Made by a program: the position numbers and the translations under genes | The notes under the pieces: model-generated | The model's database searches: none | Seen by the model: only the letters and a program-made list of their open reading frames with translations | Told to the model about the DNA's origin: nothing | Shown here: in pieces, positions 48,402 through 61,037 of the stretch | How the letters are laid out: the number at the start of each line of letters is the position of its first letter | How positions within the stretch are numbered: the first letter of the stretch is position 1 | NCBI RefSeq assembly: GCF_964204645.1 | Contig: NC_134027.1 | Coordinates: 8,340,485-8,404,484 of the forward strand | Reading direction: 5' to 3' | DNA: 64,000 nt | Origin: Tubulanus polymorphus | Taxonomy: Eukaryota; Animalia; Nemertea

Positions 48402-49952
48402 TTATGTCGTTAATTTATCGTTTCTTTGAATAACGTTAACTTTGAAGTCCCGCGGTTTTAGCGTTAAGCCGTATTTACTCTCCATCGATAATGAGACCCC
48501 GAGCGCGGGTTCGAACCAGCATCTTTGCATTATCGTCGTGAAGAAAATGAATAGTTCTTGTTTGGCCAACTGTTCCCCCGGACACCGTCTTCGCCCGCAG
48601 CCGTAGGGGAAAAACTTGTCCATAACCGATTTGTTCAATTTCCCATCCTTGGTAATGAATCTGTACGGATCGTAAGTGTCCGGTTGTGGGAAAACATCTT
48701 CGTCGTGTGTCACCGACCACTGGTTGACGAATATTAAAGTTTTTTCAGGAATGAAGTGACCGTTCAAGAACGTATCTTTAGTCGTACTATGCGGCAGAGC
48801 GAACGGGAATATACAAGATGATCTCATCGTTTCGTAGATACATGCTTCGGTGAATGGTAAACGGTCACTCGTCCGCGGCAACCTGGAGTCGCCGACAACC
48901 TGCATTATTTCGTGGTGGACCCGTGTTTGGTATTCGGGATATGAAGCCATGTATAAAATAGCCCACAGTAACGAAGTGGAGATCGTATCGAAACCGGCTC
49001 CGATAACCTCCTGAACCGTGTTCAAAATGTGTTCATCTGTCAGCCCTATTTCGGATTTCTTTTCGTTTGGAATATCCTGCGCTGTTTTGATAAGAGCGTC
49101 CGTCATATCTCTGATATGCGACGGGTCATACGTTGCTACGTGTTCCTCGCGTTTTCGTTTGCACAGGTTTTCCATCACCGCGAGAATCTGTAAGAATTTA
49201 TCGAAAGCTCCCCTGGTGAAATGTCTCATCCACGGCATTATATCGACGGGGTTTCCCGCTCCCACGAATGCCATGAATTCATCGTTGGTCTTCACGAGTT
49301 CCATGAAGTCAGGATCGTCGCGTTCGTATCTTCGACCGAAACATATCGCGCAGATGATGTTACCGATGGACAGGTAGATCTCGTCGTGAGGATTTATCCC
49401 ATTTGGTAGATTTCTTCGAGATAAGTCGACTAGATTATCGACTAATACCAACGCCTCCTTCTGAATCTTTATTTCAATAGGGTTGTGTTGGTTGTTTATG
49501 AATACGCCGAGGGCGTTTTGAGCAATTTTCCTGTGCATCTTCCATCTGGCCGTGAAGTCTCCGAACCCCATACTTTTCCCGCCAGCGATGAATTTGAAAG
49601 AATAGAAATCGGGTCTACCCGCGAAATCGTCAGCCTGTCCAACGAGCGCCTTACGAATAGTTTTTGCACCGTTAAGAACCACGGTTCTTCTGCTACCGAG
49701 ATGAATCTGATAGACGTCTCCGTACTTTTTCCAAATCTTCGACAAAGTTTTCTGAGGCTCTTTTCCTAGTTGCAGCAGGTTCCCGAGCACCGGTATACCC
49801 ATTGGACCCGGAATCGAATCATTTTGGTCGCAAAACCTAAAACGAATTGCGGCCAAAATTGCGCATAACGTTGCCAATACTAGTGCACTCAACCAGTCGT
49901 ACCATAAACCCGTCGACGCAAACTTCAGTACCATTTCCAATAAAAGTGACAT
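48402..49952 (-). CDS. Cytochrome P450, CYP1 family-like (clan 2), single coding exon, 516 aa
   Basis: N-terminal TM anchor, PGPMGIPVLGNLLQLG, CYP1-typical FAGRPDFYSF and GKSMGF, WxxxR (WKMHR), I-helix AGFDT, ExxR (ETMR), ALPHSTTKDT and heme motif PYGCGRRRCPG. The first ATG is at 49952; the ORF-track start at 50081 is GTG. Confidence 0.9.
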   Translation of the reverse strand: MSLLLEMVLKFASTGLWYDWLSALVLATLCAILAAIRFRFCDQNDSIPGPMGIPVLGNLLQLGKEPQKTLSKIWKKYGDVYQIHLGSRRTVVLNGAKTIRKALVGQADDFAGRPDFYSFKFIAGGKSMGFGDFTARWKMHRKIAQNALGVFINNQHNPIEIKIQKEALVLVDNLVDLSRRNLPNGINPHDEIYLSIGNIICAICFGRRYERDDPDFMELVKTNDEFMAFVGAGNPVDIMPWMRHFTRGAFDKFLQILAVMENLCKRKREEHVATYDPSHIRDMTDALIKTAQDIPNEKKSEIGLTDEHILNTVQEVIGAGFDTISTSLLWAILYMASYPEYQTRVHHEIMQVVGDSRLPRTSDRLPFTEACIYETMRSSCIFPFALPHSTTKDTFLNGHFIPEKTLIFVNQWSVTHDEDVFPQPDTYDPYRFITKDGKLNKSVMDKFFPYGCGRRRCPGEQLAKQELFIFFTTIMQRCWFEPALGVSLSMESKYGLTLKPRDFKVNVIQRNDKLTT

Positions 49953-50078
49953 TTTGTAGTTCCTTCCCCATCGATCTGTACAGTCCGACGGATTAGAGGT
50001 GATTGAATTGTTTGCCGAAATAGAATATATATTAATCAAGACTTTGTATATAGATGGGACACAAGTCACATGGATTTC

Positions 50079-50985
50079 CACGTGCTTTTAGTATCAAATG
50101 ACATCAACACAATTAACGGTACTTATATAAATTTTCTTTTCATTGCTGTTCAGGCATAAAATGAAAGCTAGCTAATCCGGAATTACCGAGTCGAAATACA
50201 ATGTTATCGCACGCAAGAAAATCTATGACTTATTTGTGACCTGGAGGACTCGGACGGGGCAGTGTCCGATGACGACGGTGACGGCTTATTCATTCAGTGG
50301 CTGCAAAAGTTTTCCCAGTATGGAACATTCTTGAATCGTTTGCGTTTTTGTGATACTTTCAACAAAATATAGAATAGATACAGATAATTGAACTAGAAAT
50401 AAAGCCGTCAAAATCTGAATGAAAAGAAGTAACATAGTGATTATGACGGCGCGAGACATAGTCGCGTGTGCCACTACTTAGGCGGCCCGCTATAATTTGT
50501 AGTATGAACAATCAAGATAAATTTGAGCCGCTTTGAATTGAATTGAAGTCTCAGCCCGACTGGAATTGGACACTACCTGGGCAAAACACTTCCGGGTTGT
50601 AATAAATGGCGGTTGATGACACATCCTCGACTTGAATTGACCACGCGCGCTGGCTGGAAATAAATGATGATGAATAGGATGGGTAAGTATCCGTGCAACC
50701 CGGCAAAATACTTGGAATAATCAACCAATTATTGAAAACAGAAGAGGGAGAATTGTTGTTGCTTCAGTTCCAATCTTATCTTTACTACCGACTAAAAATC
50801 ATCGGTACCAAATCTGCTGAATCAATCAATCCAATGACTACTTCACCAACCAGTTACAGACTGAGATAGAGTTGTCAGTACTGCCCTACTGGTTACTCTT
50901 TACTGCTACACCACCACCAATGTACACTCTCCTGCGACTGCTAGTTGGTTGTGCAGTTAATTTGCGTGCTGCTATAGTGCGTGTG
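50079..50985. promoter_or_regulatory. CYP1-like promoter with TATA box and XRE/AhRE-consensus motifs
   Basis: TATATAA (~50123-50130), E-box CACGTG (50079-50084), TTGCGTGCGA on the minus strand (50207-50216), TCGCGTG (50462-50468), CACGC (50642-50646), TTGCGTG (50962-50968), GTGCGTG (50977-50983). Confidence 0.55.
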
Positions 50986-51809
50986 CCTGGTGTGTCTGTT
51001 GCCGTATTTACTGTTGGTGGTGACAGTTATGGTCAGTCTTCTTTATGCAGTCATTAGACATTGTTAGTCTACTTAGTTTTTGCTGATTCTGCCCTTTGCC
51101 TGGAGCATGAGTATTAGTAAAATAGGTCATGAACTTCCTCACTGGTAGGCTATAAAATTATACGCTTGTTCACTACTTGTTTGTACTTTTTGTTATGATT
51201 TTCTTTTGCTTAATCTAATGCCTCCTTGTAATTATTCACATTTCAAACTAAAAGTAAAAACCTTCCCACTGTTTTTTAGGATCAAAAAACCTACAACCAA
51301 TTCATATCTATATAGTTTTATTTGGTGCCAGGTTAAATGGACCAAATATGTCTTCTAAATTAAGTGAAAATCCGGATGTAAAAATCCGAATTAAGCGAGT
51401 TCTTATGACTAGGTTCATCTCCTTCTGACGACAAATTCAAATCTTTGGCATAAATTTATAATTCAATGTAATCGGGGTGTAATAAGTCGTCTTGGGCATT
51501 TGGCGCAAATTGTTATTTCTCCTAATCAATCAGGGTGTTTTACAACTGTCTGGTACCTGATATTTAGGAGGAGGATCCTCTCTGAGGAAATCTGTGAGTA
51601 ATCTGATTTATCATAGATTTCTCTTATTTTTGTGATATGTCACCCTCGGCCTCATTTACCTGAAAGGAAAATTACTAAAAGTGTGCGATTATATCGTGTT
51701 ATTGGCTCAATTTCCCTCGACTAGTCAAGAGTCGCAAAATGAAGCAGCTTTTTCATGCTCGTACTTGACTTGACTCTCTTCAAAATAGTTGCACTGTTGC
51801 AAAAAATCA

Positions 51810-51862
51810 TGTGTGTGTGTGTGTGTGCGTGCGTGCGCGCGTGCGTGCGTGGTCGCGTGTGT
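51810..51862. repeat. (TG)n/(GCGT)n compound microsatellite
   Basis: tgtgtg...gcgtgcgtgcgcgcgtgcgtgcgtgg. Confidence 0.85.
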
Positions 51863-54052
51863 GAACCTAGCATATTGTTGGTACTTAATTTTCAAATTTA
51901 ATTTTTATTTATTTGATTATCACCTGTTATTACAGGGCGTAATCACAAAAAAATCCATTGTCGCAACGTATTCTCCGAAAATAGAGTGTCAAAGGCCTGT
52001 ATAACAAAACTAGCTGTCCTGATGTCATAAGGGAGGTTTTCCCCTAGCAAATTTCGAAAAAATTCAAACTTGTTAGATACATTCTGGAGCGTCTTTGACT
52101 GCTCAATATTTGAGTGATTTTTCTGGAGGTGAAGGAAAGAAAATCATCTTGCAGTTTAACGCCCACGTGCAGTATAAAAGGGCAGACAGTTCAGGATACA
52201 GCCATACATAAATCTAGATGAAGAAAACAGTTGCCGCTCACTAGTGCATAAATCTTAGGGGATCTTAGAAATAGAAAACATTACTGAAAATTTCAATATC
52301 ATCTTAGGTTACAGTCTGTCAGTAACATCACGTTGAAAAAAAATTGGTTTAATTGGAAGATTTATATTTTTTTGCAATCGTTTTCCTTTATTCGAGCTAC
52401 GAAGTGTAATTGACTAGCCTTTTTACATGTAGTAAAAAGATATGTGAAAAAAGTGTTCTGAATTCGTCAACTGTGATACTGTGAGATCAGGTGCATGGTC
52501 CATATGTGCTCATGTAAACATCATAAACGATCCTCAGAGTTTACACAGAAAATCTCAAGTGCTTTACCACTGCATTTGCAAAATACTGCTGGTTCAACTG
52601 TCATCGGCAAAACGATTTGATAACTTCCCTCCTTTAGATGCTTACAAATGTTTATTATGACGTTGTAGCATTATGGGCTTTTCAGTGTCATAGTTGATGC
52701 ACCAATGGCTACGCAGCCCCTGATAAAGATAAAGTTACATCATGTAGCATCAATTCTTCTCAAAAGTCTTTTGAGGAGTGTCCACTAAATATGTTGATAA
52801 TATGGGATCAAGTATTTGAAAAGTTGGTCAATACATAGGCCTATAGAAAAGGTTTTTTAGCATCTCTTTGCTGCAGATAGGGTCTTGAAAAGTAATTTGT
52901 ATGTGTAATAACATTCCCTATAATGTTTCATGTCATAAATCCATCCTTGACCTAAGATGGTGTATAGAGATTCTTGTGTATAGAGATTGATTATGTGTAA
53001 GCGGCTGCGTTAGGAATATTTGATCCAGATAATTTTTGGCTTGCAAAAAGAGTACATTGCACTCGCAGTTAATATCCCTGTTATCGTTTGAGCATTAGTC
53101 TATAGACATAGCCACGCTGTACATGAGTGAGTTATGGTCTTTCTCAATGTTGCTAGATTATTGGTATGTAATTGTGTTGATATTTATAAATTGCTGGGTG
53201 TTCCAAATTGTATAAGGGCAGGCACTCGTTATTTTTGGCTTAACTGTATCCATGCAGCCCCATTTGGAGGAGGGTCTTTTGAAATTAAAGACAATTTTAT
53301 GCCATTCTGGTGGGTTTTGGAGGCATGAAAGCTGATTTGAAAAACAGGTCATTCATGCAAAATTCTAACACAATCCTATGACGGATATTTGTTACAGATG
53401 GTGGATGGCACAGGCAAAGCTTGTGTGGGAATTACCATTTCAACTAATTATTCTGAAATTTCTGGTCACGCTTTAGTTAAAAATTTGATTCTTTTTTCAG
53501 AATGTGTTAATATATGAGCGTGTATTCGGTTGGTTAGGGGTTAACGCAACAAGAATGTATGACTTGCAACCAGACTCTCGATGTTCAACTTATCAGCAGC
53601 CACTACTGATGTGTTTATCCCTCATACATCCTGCAGCATGTTATAAATAGAACGGTTGTTTCTTCAGCAGCAATACAGCCAGGGGAGTGATCATCAGAAA
53701 TTTTAAAAAGTTTACAGCAGCCGTGAGCCAGCAGTGAACCGTACTACGACTGAGACAGCTTTCTACCTGAGCTGCTTTCCTCACGCGCGATTGATATTTT
53801 TGCTCATGTACTTATTCGTCTAGACTTTCATTGCGTAATTGATAAAATGAATTGGTGAAATTCCAACAATTCACGCGGAAATATTTCATCGCGAACAGGT
53901 GGATATAAGTTTACGCAGCGAGCCGTTCGGTTAACGTATTGCCGATTTCTTAAGTAAATTAACCGAACCGCGTGAGTCAGTGCGCGTTGTTTGTTTTAAG
54001 TCGGATTATCGCGATTTGATACGTGTAATCGAGTCCGCCGAGTTCAACCGTC

Positions 54053-56668
54053 ATGGATAATATTCGAAAACATTTCTGTAAGCCGCCGTGTTCGGAACCG
54101 ACTTGCGGCCGGTCGACGTTTCACATGCCGGCGCCGGGCTCGTTCGCTTCGGACGTCCACGAGTGCATCGGTCGAATGTCGAACTACGTCGAGCACTTGT
54201 CGAACTTCTGCGGGGCGGGCACCCACATGTCGGAGGCGTTCGCCAAGATCTTAGAGTCGACCGAGTACGGCGAAACTGCCGGTCAGTTTCACGGCGCTAT
54301 GAAAGAAGTGTGCGGCGCGACGACATGCGTCGGTGGTCAGATCAGAGATAAACTGGACGTCGCGTTGCAAGATGTTCTGAAAAGGATCGATGGAAATCAA
54401 GATGGCTGCTCTCCAGAGAATCTACAGGTAAATACATTATACTACTCTCTTTTTAAGGTTTTCAAATTTGTGTCTTATGTATTATAAAAGACTGATTTCA
54501 AAACTTGCTTAAGACGACTTATCCGACTGATGACATTGAATTTGAAATACAAATTTTGACTCAAAATAGAGACAACAACTAGTAATGAGATAACTTATAC
54601 AATGTTGACATTAGTTGCCCTGCAGATACTAATCCAAGTAATCGAATAGTTAGAAAATAATTATCCGCAGCTGTAAATGCATTTGAATTTTTATTCCCTT
54701 CTCATTTCAGGTAATTGCCAAATGCTTCTTACAGTTAATGAGATTACAGTGCCAGTTTATTCTCACCAGTACCGAACTGCTGTCTCAATTTTGTGATCAT
54801 AAGAAAGTCGAGGATATGGCTTCAAAATCTCCGAGGCAGGATACGAACTTTACCTCCTCTTCGTCGAGGGCTTTACAGTCGTTAGCAGCTTTACACATAG
54901 GCAACAGTCAGACGGACAATATATCAGACTGGAAAAATCCTCATTTATTACCGGCGGACATGGATGGAAGCGGAGATATTTGGGGCCATTCGCGATCGCG
55001 GAATTATGTGCCCGATGGACAGTCCTCGCAGTTCGGAAACATAGGTTCGCGGACCTCAAATTCGAATAACACTCACTCAACAGTTGATAGCGGTAGCTCT
55101 AGTCCTTGGGCAGCTGAGAAAATGAAAAAAGGTAATTACAAGAACTGTTATGCGTTCAAGTATAAATACGTTGCTGTATATTTCTTTGAAAACATTCCAG
55201 CAACAACTGCAGCATCAATAAAACATTAATACCCCCAGCCAAACACAACACTGTGCGATGTATTGTGACATATACAACATTCTTCTTAAATCAGTTCAGT
55301 TCACATACTTGAGAGCGTTTTAGTGAAGATGACATAACCAGGGTGTGGTTATGGTTTATGGTTAAACCTGGAATTCAGGGAAAAATTAGGAAATTTTCTT
55401 CTCCTTAAGAGAAGTCAGGGTTTAGTCAGGGAATTTTGTTTAAAAAAGCTAGAAATTGAGGAAAAGTCAGGGAAATATGTTGAGATTGCTAGATCACTGT
55501 TAAAATCAAATAGTTTTCATCTAAGTCTTATGTGTTTATGACTGTGTTAATTGATTGGATTCTTAGCAGATCGAGTCAGGGAAAACGATGAGCCTGTCAG
55601 GGAAAAACCAAGTCAAATAAAAGTGGCCACTCTGATTATGCTGCAACTATTCATATATTTTAGATCCATATGCCGAAGGTTGCGGAATCACGCAAGAGGA
55701 ACTTGATAACGTAATCGACTTTTTATCCGGTCACGCGGTGTCAAAACATTTACAATCGATACCGGAATCAGTTACGTTGCCAGTACCGAGAAAACCTGTC
55801 GATAATAATATGTATTACGGACATTTTCATTCGGCTGCCGGCCTGGCGACGAACTTAAATGTTCCGGACGCGAATGTAAACAATGTTAGACAACAACCAT
55901 CTGGATTTACCGAGGACGAACAGAACGAAATTTCGTATAAATCGGACAGCGGTAGTAACACGTGGCCGGTGAATCTTCAGCAGAGAATGAACGGATCGCA
56001 TAACACCATCGACAACCAGCAGACGTACTTGCCGTACGGCGCGGGAGGGTTTGGAAGCGACCCGGAATTCTTAAATTACGTCGCTTCGATCGGTGCCCTG
56101 ATCGGGCATAGCAACAACTATGATAATCCGGTATGGTCGACTGTAGACTTGAAGTTGAATAAAAGTTGGCCGCAGCCGAATATTCATGCGCCCAGGTATG
56201 TGAACAAATGTTGAGAAATTCTAATACCCACGCGTAACATATTGTAGAAATGAAGAGCTATATTTCTTTGTTTTGTAGTAATTTTGAACAGCAGTCGTGG
56301 GCTGGAGCGCAGCCCGATTCGAGCAGTAGTGACGAGTCAGCTAATGAGGAAGCCTTGATAAGTCTTGCCTTCAGAGAATCGGCTTCAACCGGTTTGAGCG
56401 GTATTGACTCAGATATGTAAGTCCACAATTTATCATAGTTCTCAAATGGGCCCAGTTTCATCTTTTAAGCTAGATCTAAGTCTTAAAGACAAAATAATAC
56501 AACTGGGCTTTGTCACTATTTGAACTGATTTTTGACCCATTGAATTTTTTGTTTTTCAGCAAATCTGACACTGGTCGATTGGAGACAAACCACGAATCTG
56601 TCAACAATACAGAACCGCAGCCCCCTCTGCCCCCTAAGCAACCATGGGCTGATCCGGGTATTGAATGA
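54053..56668 (+). CDS. GARRE1: GARRE1/KIAA0355-like protein (N-terminal helical domain plus disordered tail), about 524 aa
   Basis: Exons 54053-54427, 54711-55131, 55664-56195, 56279-56416, 56560-56668 keep phase. SNYVEHLSNFCGAGTHMSEAFAKIL...ENLQVIAKCFLQLMRLQCQF aligns with remembered human KIAA0355 SKYLDALNVFCRASTFLTDLFSTVF...QDIEVLGRCFLTVVQVHFQF. The short motifs VIDFLSG, SNTWP and PPKxPW are also shared. Confidence 0.8.
55339..55634. mobile_element. MITE, CAGGGTGGCCAC family, in GARRE1 intron 2
   Basis: cagggtg... multiple (g)tcagggaa(a) subrepeats ...aagtggccactctg. Confidence 0.62.
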
Positions 56669-58972
56669 TTGGTAGACAAATATCCGGACATAAAACGTTT
56701 TAGAAAAATTCATTAGGGCTTCATTTTTACGCATATATAAATTCATACGTAAATTATGTTGGATTGCTTAACTGCTAACAACATAGATCAGTTTACTAAT
56801 GAATATGTTGTATATGAAGCTCAATACTGTCTGGTGTACTGATGATCAGATTGGCTAGCGGTGCGAGAATGAATCTCGCAGTAGCGTCTCACGCTGATCG
56901 AGCATTCAGATTAATCTGTCTCTGATCGGGAAAAGCGAGATTCGACGAACGATAGTCATGTAGTCAGACGGAGAGGTATTTCAGTCCGTATTAGGCATAA
57001 TATCTCGATGAATAGTAGGATTCGTGTCGCCATATGCCGGCTTTTGTGCATGCATTGTTAACAGTGGTGGGTTTTAGTGAACAGGTTGGTTATTTAGATC
57101 AGTCATCTAATGACGAAAGGTTATCAATAATCCATCAACGAATGGGCACATGTTTTTCGATCGTTGAACATATGTCTTTAGTGCAACCCTACTCGAATTA
57201 AGGTTTGAGTTTTTAGATAATGTCTATGAAATTAACGAAAATCAGTATTAAAATTTCTAAGCTGTGAAAGCTGGCCATTTTGTGTAGTGTGGGGTCTCGA
57301 TTATATTGGTCAGAAGGCCAGGTGCTTAATTCAAGATGTTGTGGGCTATTATTTTTGTTCAAATTATTTTGTTCCAAATGCGGTGGTGCTATGTTATGAA
57401 ATGAATTTGTCTCCTTTATTCTCAAAACTGACAGAGTTGATATATACACATATGAAAGGATAGTGTTGTATTGGTTTGAGAGAAATTGCTCACGTTTAGT
57501 TTTCATATTAAGAAGTACAATTTTTTCATACTTGGAGGGTTCATTCAGTTTTCTATCCGAATTAGAAGATCGTAAAATGTGAGTTTGTCTTCCATGTAGA
57601 AGCATTATTTTTACTGAATTATGTAATTTGTATTTTTTGACAAGACCGTTGACCGGTAAAAGACAATATTTGATCACTCAATTTTGTATTAATTGCCGAA
57701 AAGTAACAGATATTGAATTGCTCATGTAAATCAAACTTAAGTGGAGAGTACTACTGAGTTAGGTGATATTTTGTTTTAGACTGGGAAAATATATGCATAT
57801 GGTGGAAGTAATGATTAATAATTTGAAACTAACTGATTAAGATGAGAGTTATATCTGATCTATGAAAGATGTTGCTGCTGTGTCTAAAATTGTTAACCCA
57901 TACATTCAATTTCTAAATGAGGAAAAAATTATTTTATGATCACATACAGAGAGAGATGTATTGTTTAAATGCCTCATAATTTATGTTTGCTTATTTAGTA
58001 ATTATAATAACCTAAAAAAAAAACTTAACGATCAACTTATATAAAAGCAACAAAACCTTTCACTGATGTTTGTGTTTTAGGGAAGAAAATGTTCTTGTGT
58101 AAATTCGTTTTGTGTCACGATTTAGGAAATAGGATATGCATGAGCTGTCATGTCATGTATATATTCAACGGGTTGTGCGTGGGTAATTGGGATAAAGCCG
58201 AGAAAGATATTCTGATTACGTTTTATATCTAGTCTGTATCACTAGTTCTATGGTAAGCCTACATGCGTATACTCAACTGAAGTCTATCTTTATTATTATT
58301 TTGTTAAGCTAAACATGTCTTGCTTCTATCCTAAGCATTTTTAAATCTTTCCGTGCATAGACATATTGTATCGTGCTATAAATTCCTGTGGCCATCATAT
58401 ATGGGCATTTGAATGTATCTTTAAAATCCTGCTGGCATTTTTCATTTTCTGCATTTACCAAAATGCTGGGTTGTTATTCGGATTCACATCTGGTTCCTAG
58501 TTCATTTGTTGAATTAGCAGTTAAAATTCAGCCGATCAGTAAAAAATGCGTATCATCGTATCATTGAGTCTGTGTTCAGAGAACGAATATCTAGTCAAGT
58601 TTAAAATCTAGTATGGTTTATCATGATGTATGTTAGCTTACTCATGTGAGAAAATATAAAAAATATAACAAACCAAACATTTGACCCAATTGAGAAAGTG
58701 TGATTGATTTCTTGTTTTGTGAACCTTTTAGCTTATCCCGACAAGGTTTCATATAAAACTGTAGAGCTTACTTAAGAGGTGTTTTAAATACGCTGTTGAA
58801 GGTTTCAGTCCATGTTGACTTAAGCAAAGATTCAAGTATGTTTGAATTTCTAGAAGTTGGTTTGATATGGTTCATTTTTAGCTCACTTGGGACCTGTGTT
58901 CACTTTTCATTTGTTATTCGTACATGGAATCCAGTTATTTTGGGAAGTTTTGAAGATGCATCAATGGATTAT

Positions 58973-59132
58973 GGGGTCATTCATTTATTACGTAAGCATT
59001 AGGGGAGGGGGAGGGGTCAGTGTAATTGCGTGCTGTAATGCTTAATGTATACGAAAAAAAGGCCTTTTGCATGCAGAGCGGGAGGGGGGTTATAATTCAA
59101 ATTTTATGCGTTCGTAATTAATGAATGATCCC
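58973..59132. mobile_element. 160-bp MITE (PIF/Harbinger-like) with a 3-bp target-site duplication
   Basis: TAT|GGGGTCATTCATTTATTACG ... CGTAATTAATGAATGATCCC|TAT. Confidence 0.72.
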
Positions 59133-59871
59133 TATCTTGTTATTTGGTTTATACATGTATCTACCCTAGACACATCCACAGCACAAAAACTGCCATGATA
59201 AGAATGAAGATGGCCAACTGGCAGCCATTGTTTTGGCATATTCATGTTTATTGACTGAATTTGCTCACCCAGGGGCATTTTATATTGAAATTGTCAGATT
59301 GTCAACATTTCACCAAGTGAGCATTCTGTCCCTGGACCCTTAGTTTATATTTTGGTTGTCTTCACTACTTGGTTTTATTGAATGAAAAACCTTACATTCA
59401 TTGTAATTCTATTACTTGTATGTGTATAAATCTAAGCATACATAAACGTGTACCTTTTTACTTTATGAGCTTCATTATTTCTCCTATCCACAATCCTTGG
59501 AATTATAATTCAACTGCATGTTGTTCAGTTTTGTCACTTCACTGCTGTGCTTTCTCATTAGTCAGATGTACTATGCAAGATTAATCTCTTTGTGAAATTG
59601 ATAATAAAGTGGAAGGACTGTTAGAAAAATTGACTTTTTATCGAACTTCTTTATGGTTTCGACAGTTGGTTGCCATGAAGATATCTCGATTATTACGATC
59701 ATCCTCAGACAAACTACAGTGATACCGGTACTTGTTACAATGGACTTGTGGGGACCAGAAATCTGTTTGTCATCACCAGTAGTTGTCAACAAAGGTTACA
59801 TCCATCATTTAGCCCTTCATGTAAATCTTCATGAATCAGATTTTTTGGAGACCTTTGACTTTGACTCATAA

Positions 59872-60103
59872 GCTTCGTCTACACTAGCTCATTAAACCCA
59901 GCTCTCGTTGTACGCAGGTTTGATGAAAACTTGTGTTAGCAATGTATAGCGTCTACACTTCGCTCAGCTTAGGTTGTACGAATCCAGATCTCTAGTTCTT
60001 CAAGTTCAATTATCGCACTCAAACTCTTCACTGAACCCATGTTTTTAGTGTAGTGAAGATGCAAAACCAAAACCCAGGTATAAGAAGCAAGTGTAGACGA
60101 GCT
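59872..60103. mobile_element. MITE-like element with AGCT(T)CGTCTACACT termini (Harbinger-like)
   Basis: ataagcttcgtctacactag ... caagtgtagacgagcttat, with an internal copy of gtctacact at ~59951. Confidence 0.55.
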
Positions 60104-61037
60104 TATGTTAGTCCGCTGATGTAGGCTATAAACATCATAAAAAGCACTAAAATCCTCATCCATGAAACTTACAGAAATCAGAAGTGTCTGACCACTGAAG
60201 AAAGTACCAAAACAACCACGTATTTATGTATATGTACCAAATCATCAATTATTTACAACTTCATAAAAATTTACAATCATATGTATTACATGTAGCATCA
60301 ACTACACCGTAGCCAAATACAAAACAGATACATATAAATAAAATGTTAGAATATCATATAAAACTATAACCTCTGAAATTTAGAGTTTACAATACAACAT
60401 ACACCTTATTAATTAACACCTCATTATTAATCAGTTGATTTTATCAAATCTTAAGTGTTACATGTTGTATTATATACCGTTTATCAGTGAAATCACCACG
60501 AAAAAGTTCTAAATCAATCTGTAACTGCATTCTTACACGAGTATAAAACCAATCTATTGATCATCAAGATTATGATTTCCATTCATCCCCAAATGGTCTC
60601 ATTCAAAGATATCGTGTAAATAATTATGATAAATCTAAAATCATTCTAGATCATCCCTAAAAATTTTAAACCCAATCACTGGAAAATATAAATGTACATT
60701 TCCACATCATCAGCAGCAAGCGATTCCTTGTTACAACTAATTGAACAAACAAAACCCATACTGACTGGTCTGAATTGACTTGTAGATGTAGTCAATACAA
60801 GAAAAGTGAGGGACCTACCCTTAGTTATGTACCACTTGCATACCAATTTCTGAGATTGTCCTTTGTATAATATACAATTTTGTTAACATACCATTTCGAT
60901 ATTTCATAAGTTCTTGGAAATGCATTAGAATTCATACATATAGATATATACATCATATGATTTCACCATAACTAAAACAAGTGGTGAAGTCCTGATGTAC
61001 ATAAGTTTTGAATTATATACAACCGTCATACATGTTT

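Noticed and set aside
57105-57145. ATGA...AA...GA pattern resembling a SECIS element downstream of the TGA-terminated GARRE1 CDS
   Set aside because: The helix between the putative quartet and the apical loop pairs poorly, and no in-frame TGA at a conserved Cys position was found.
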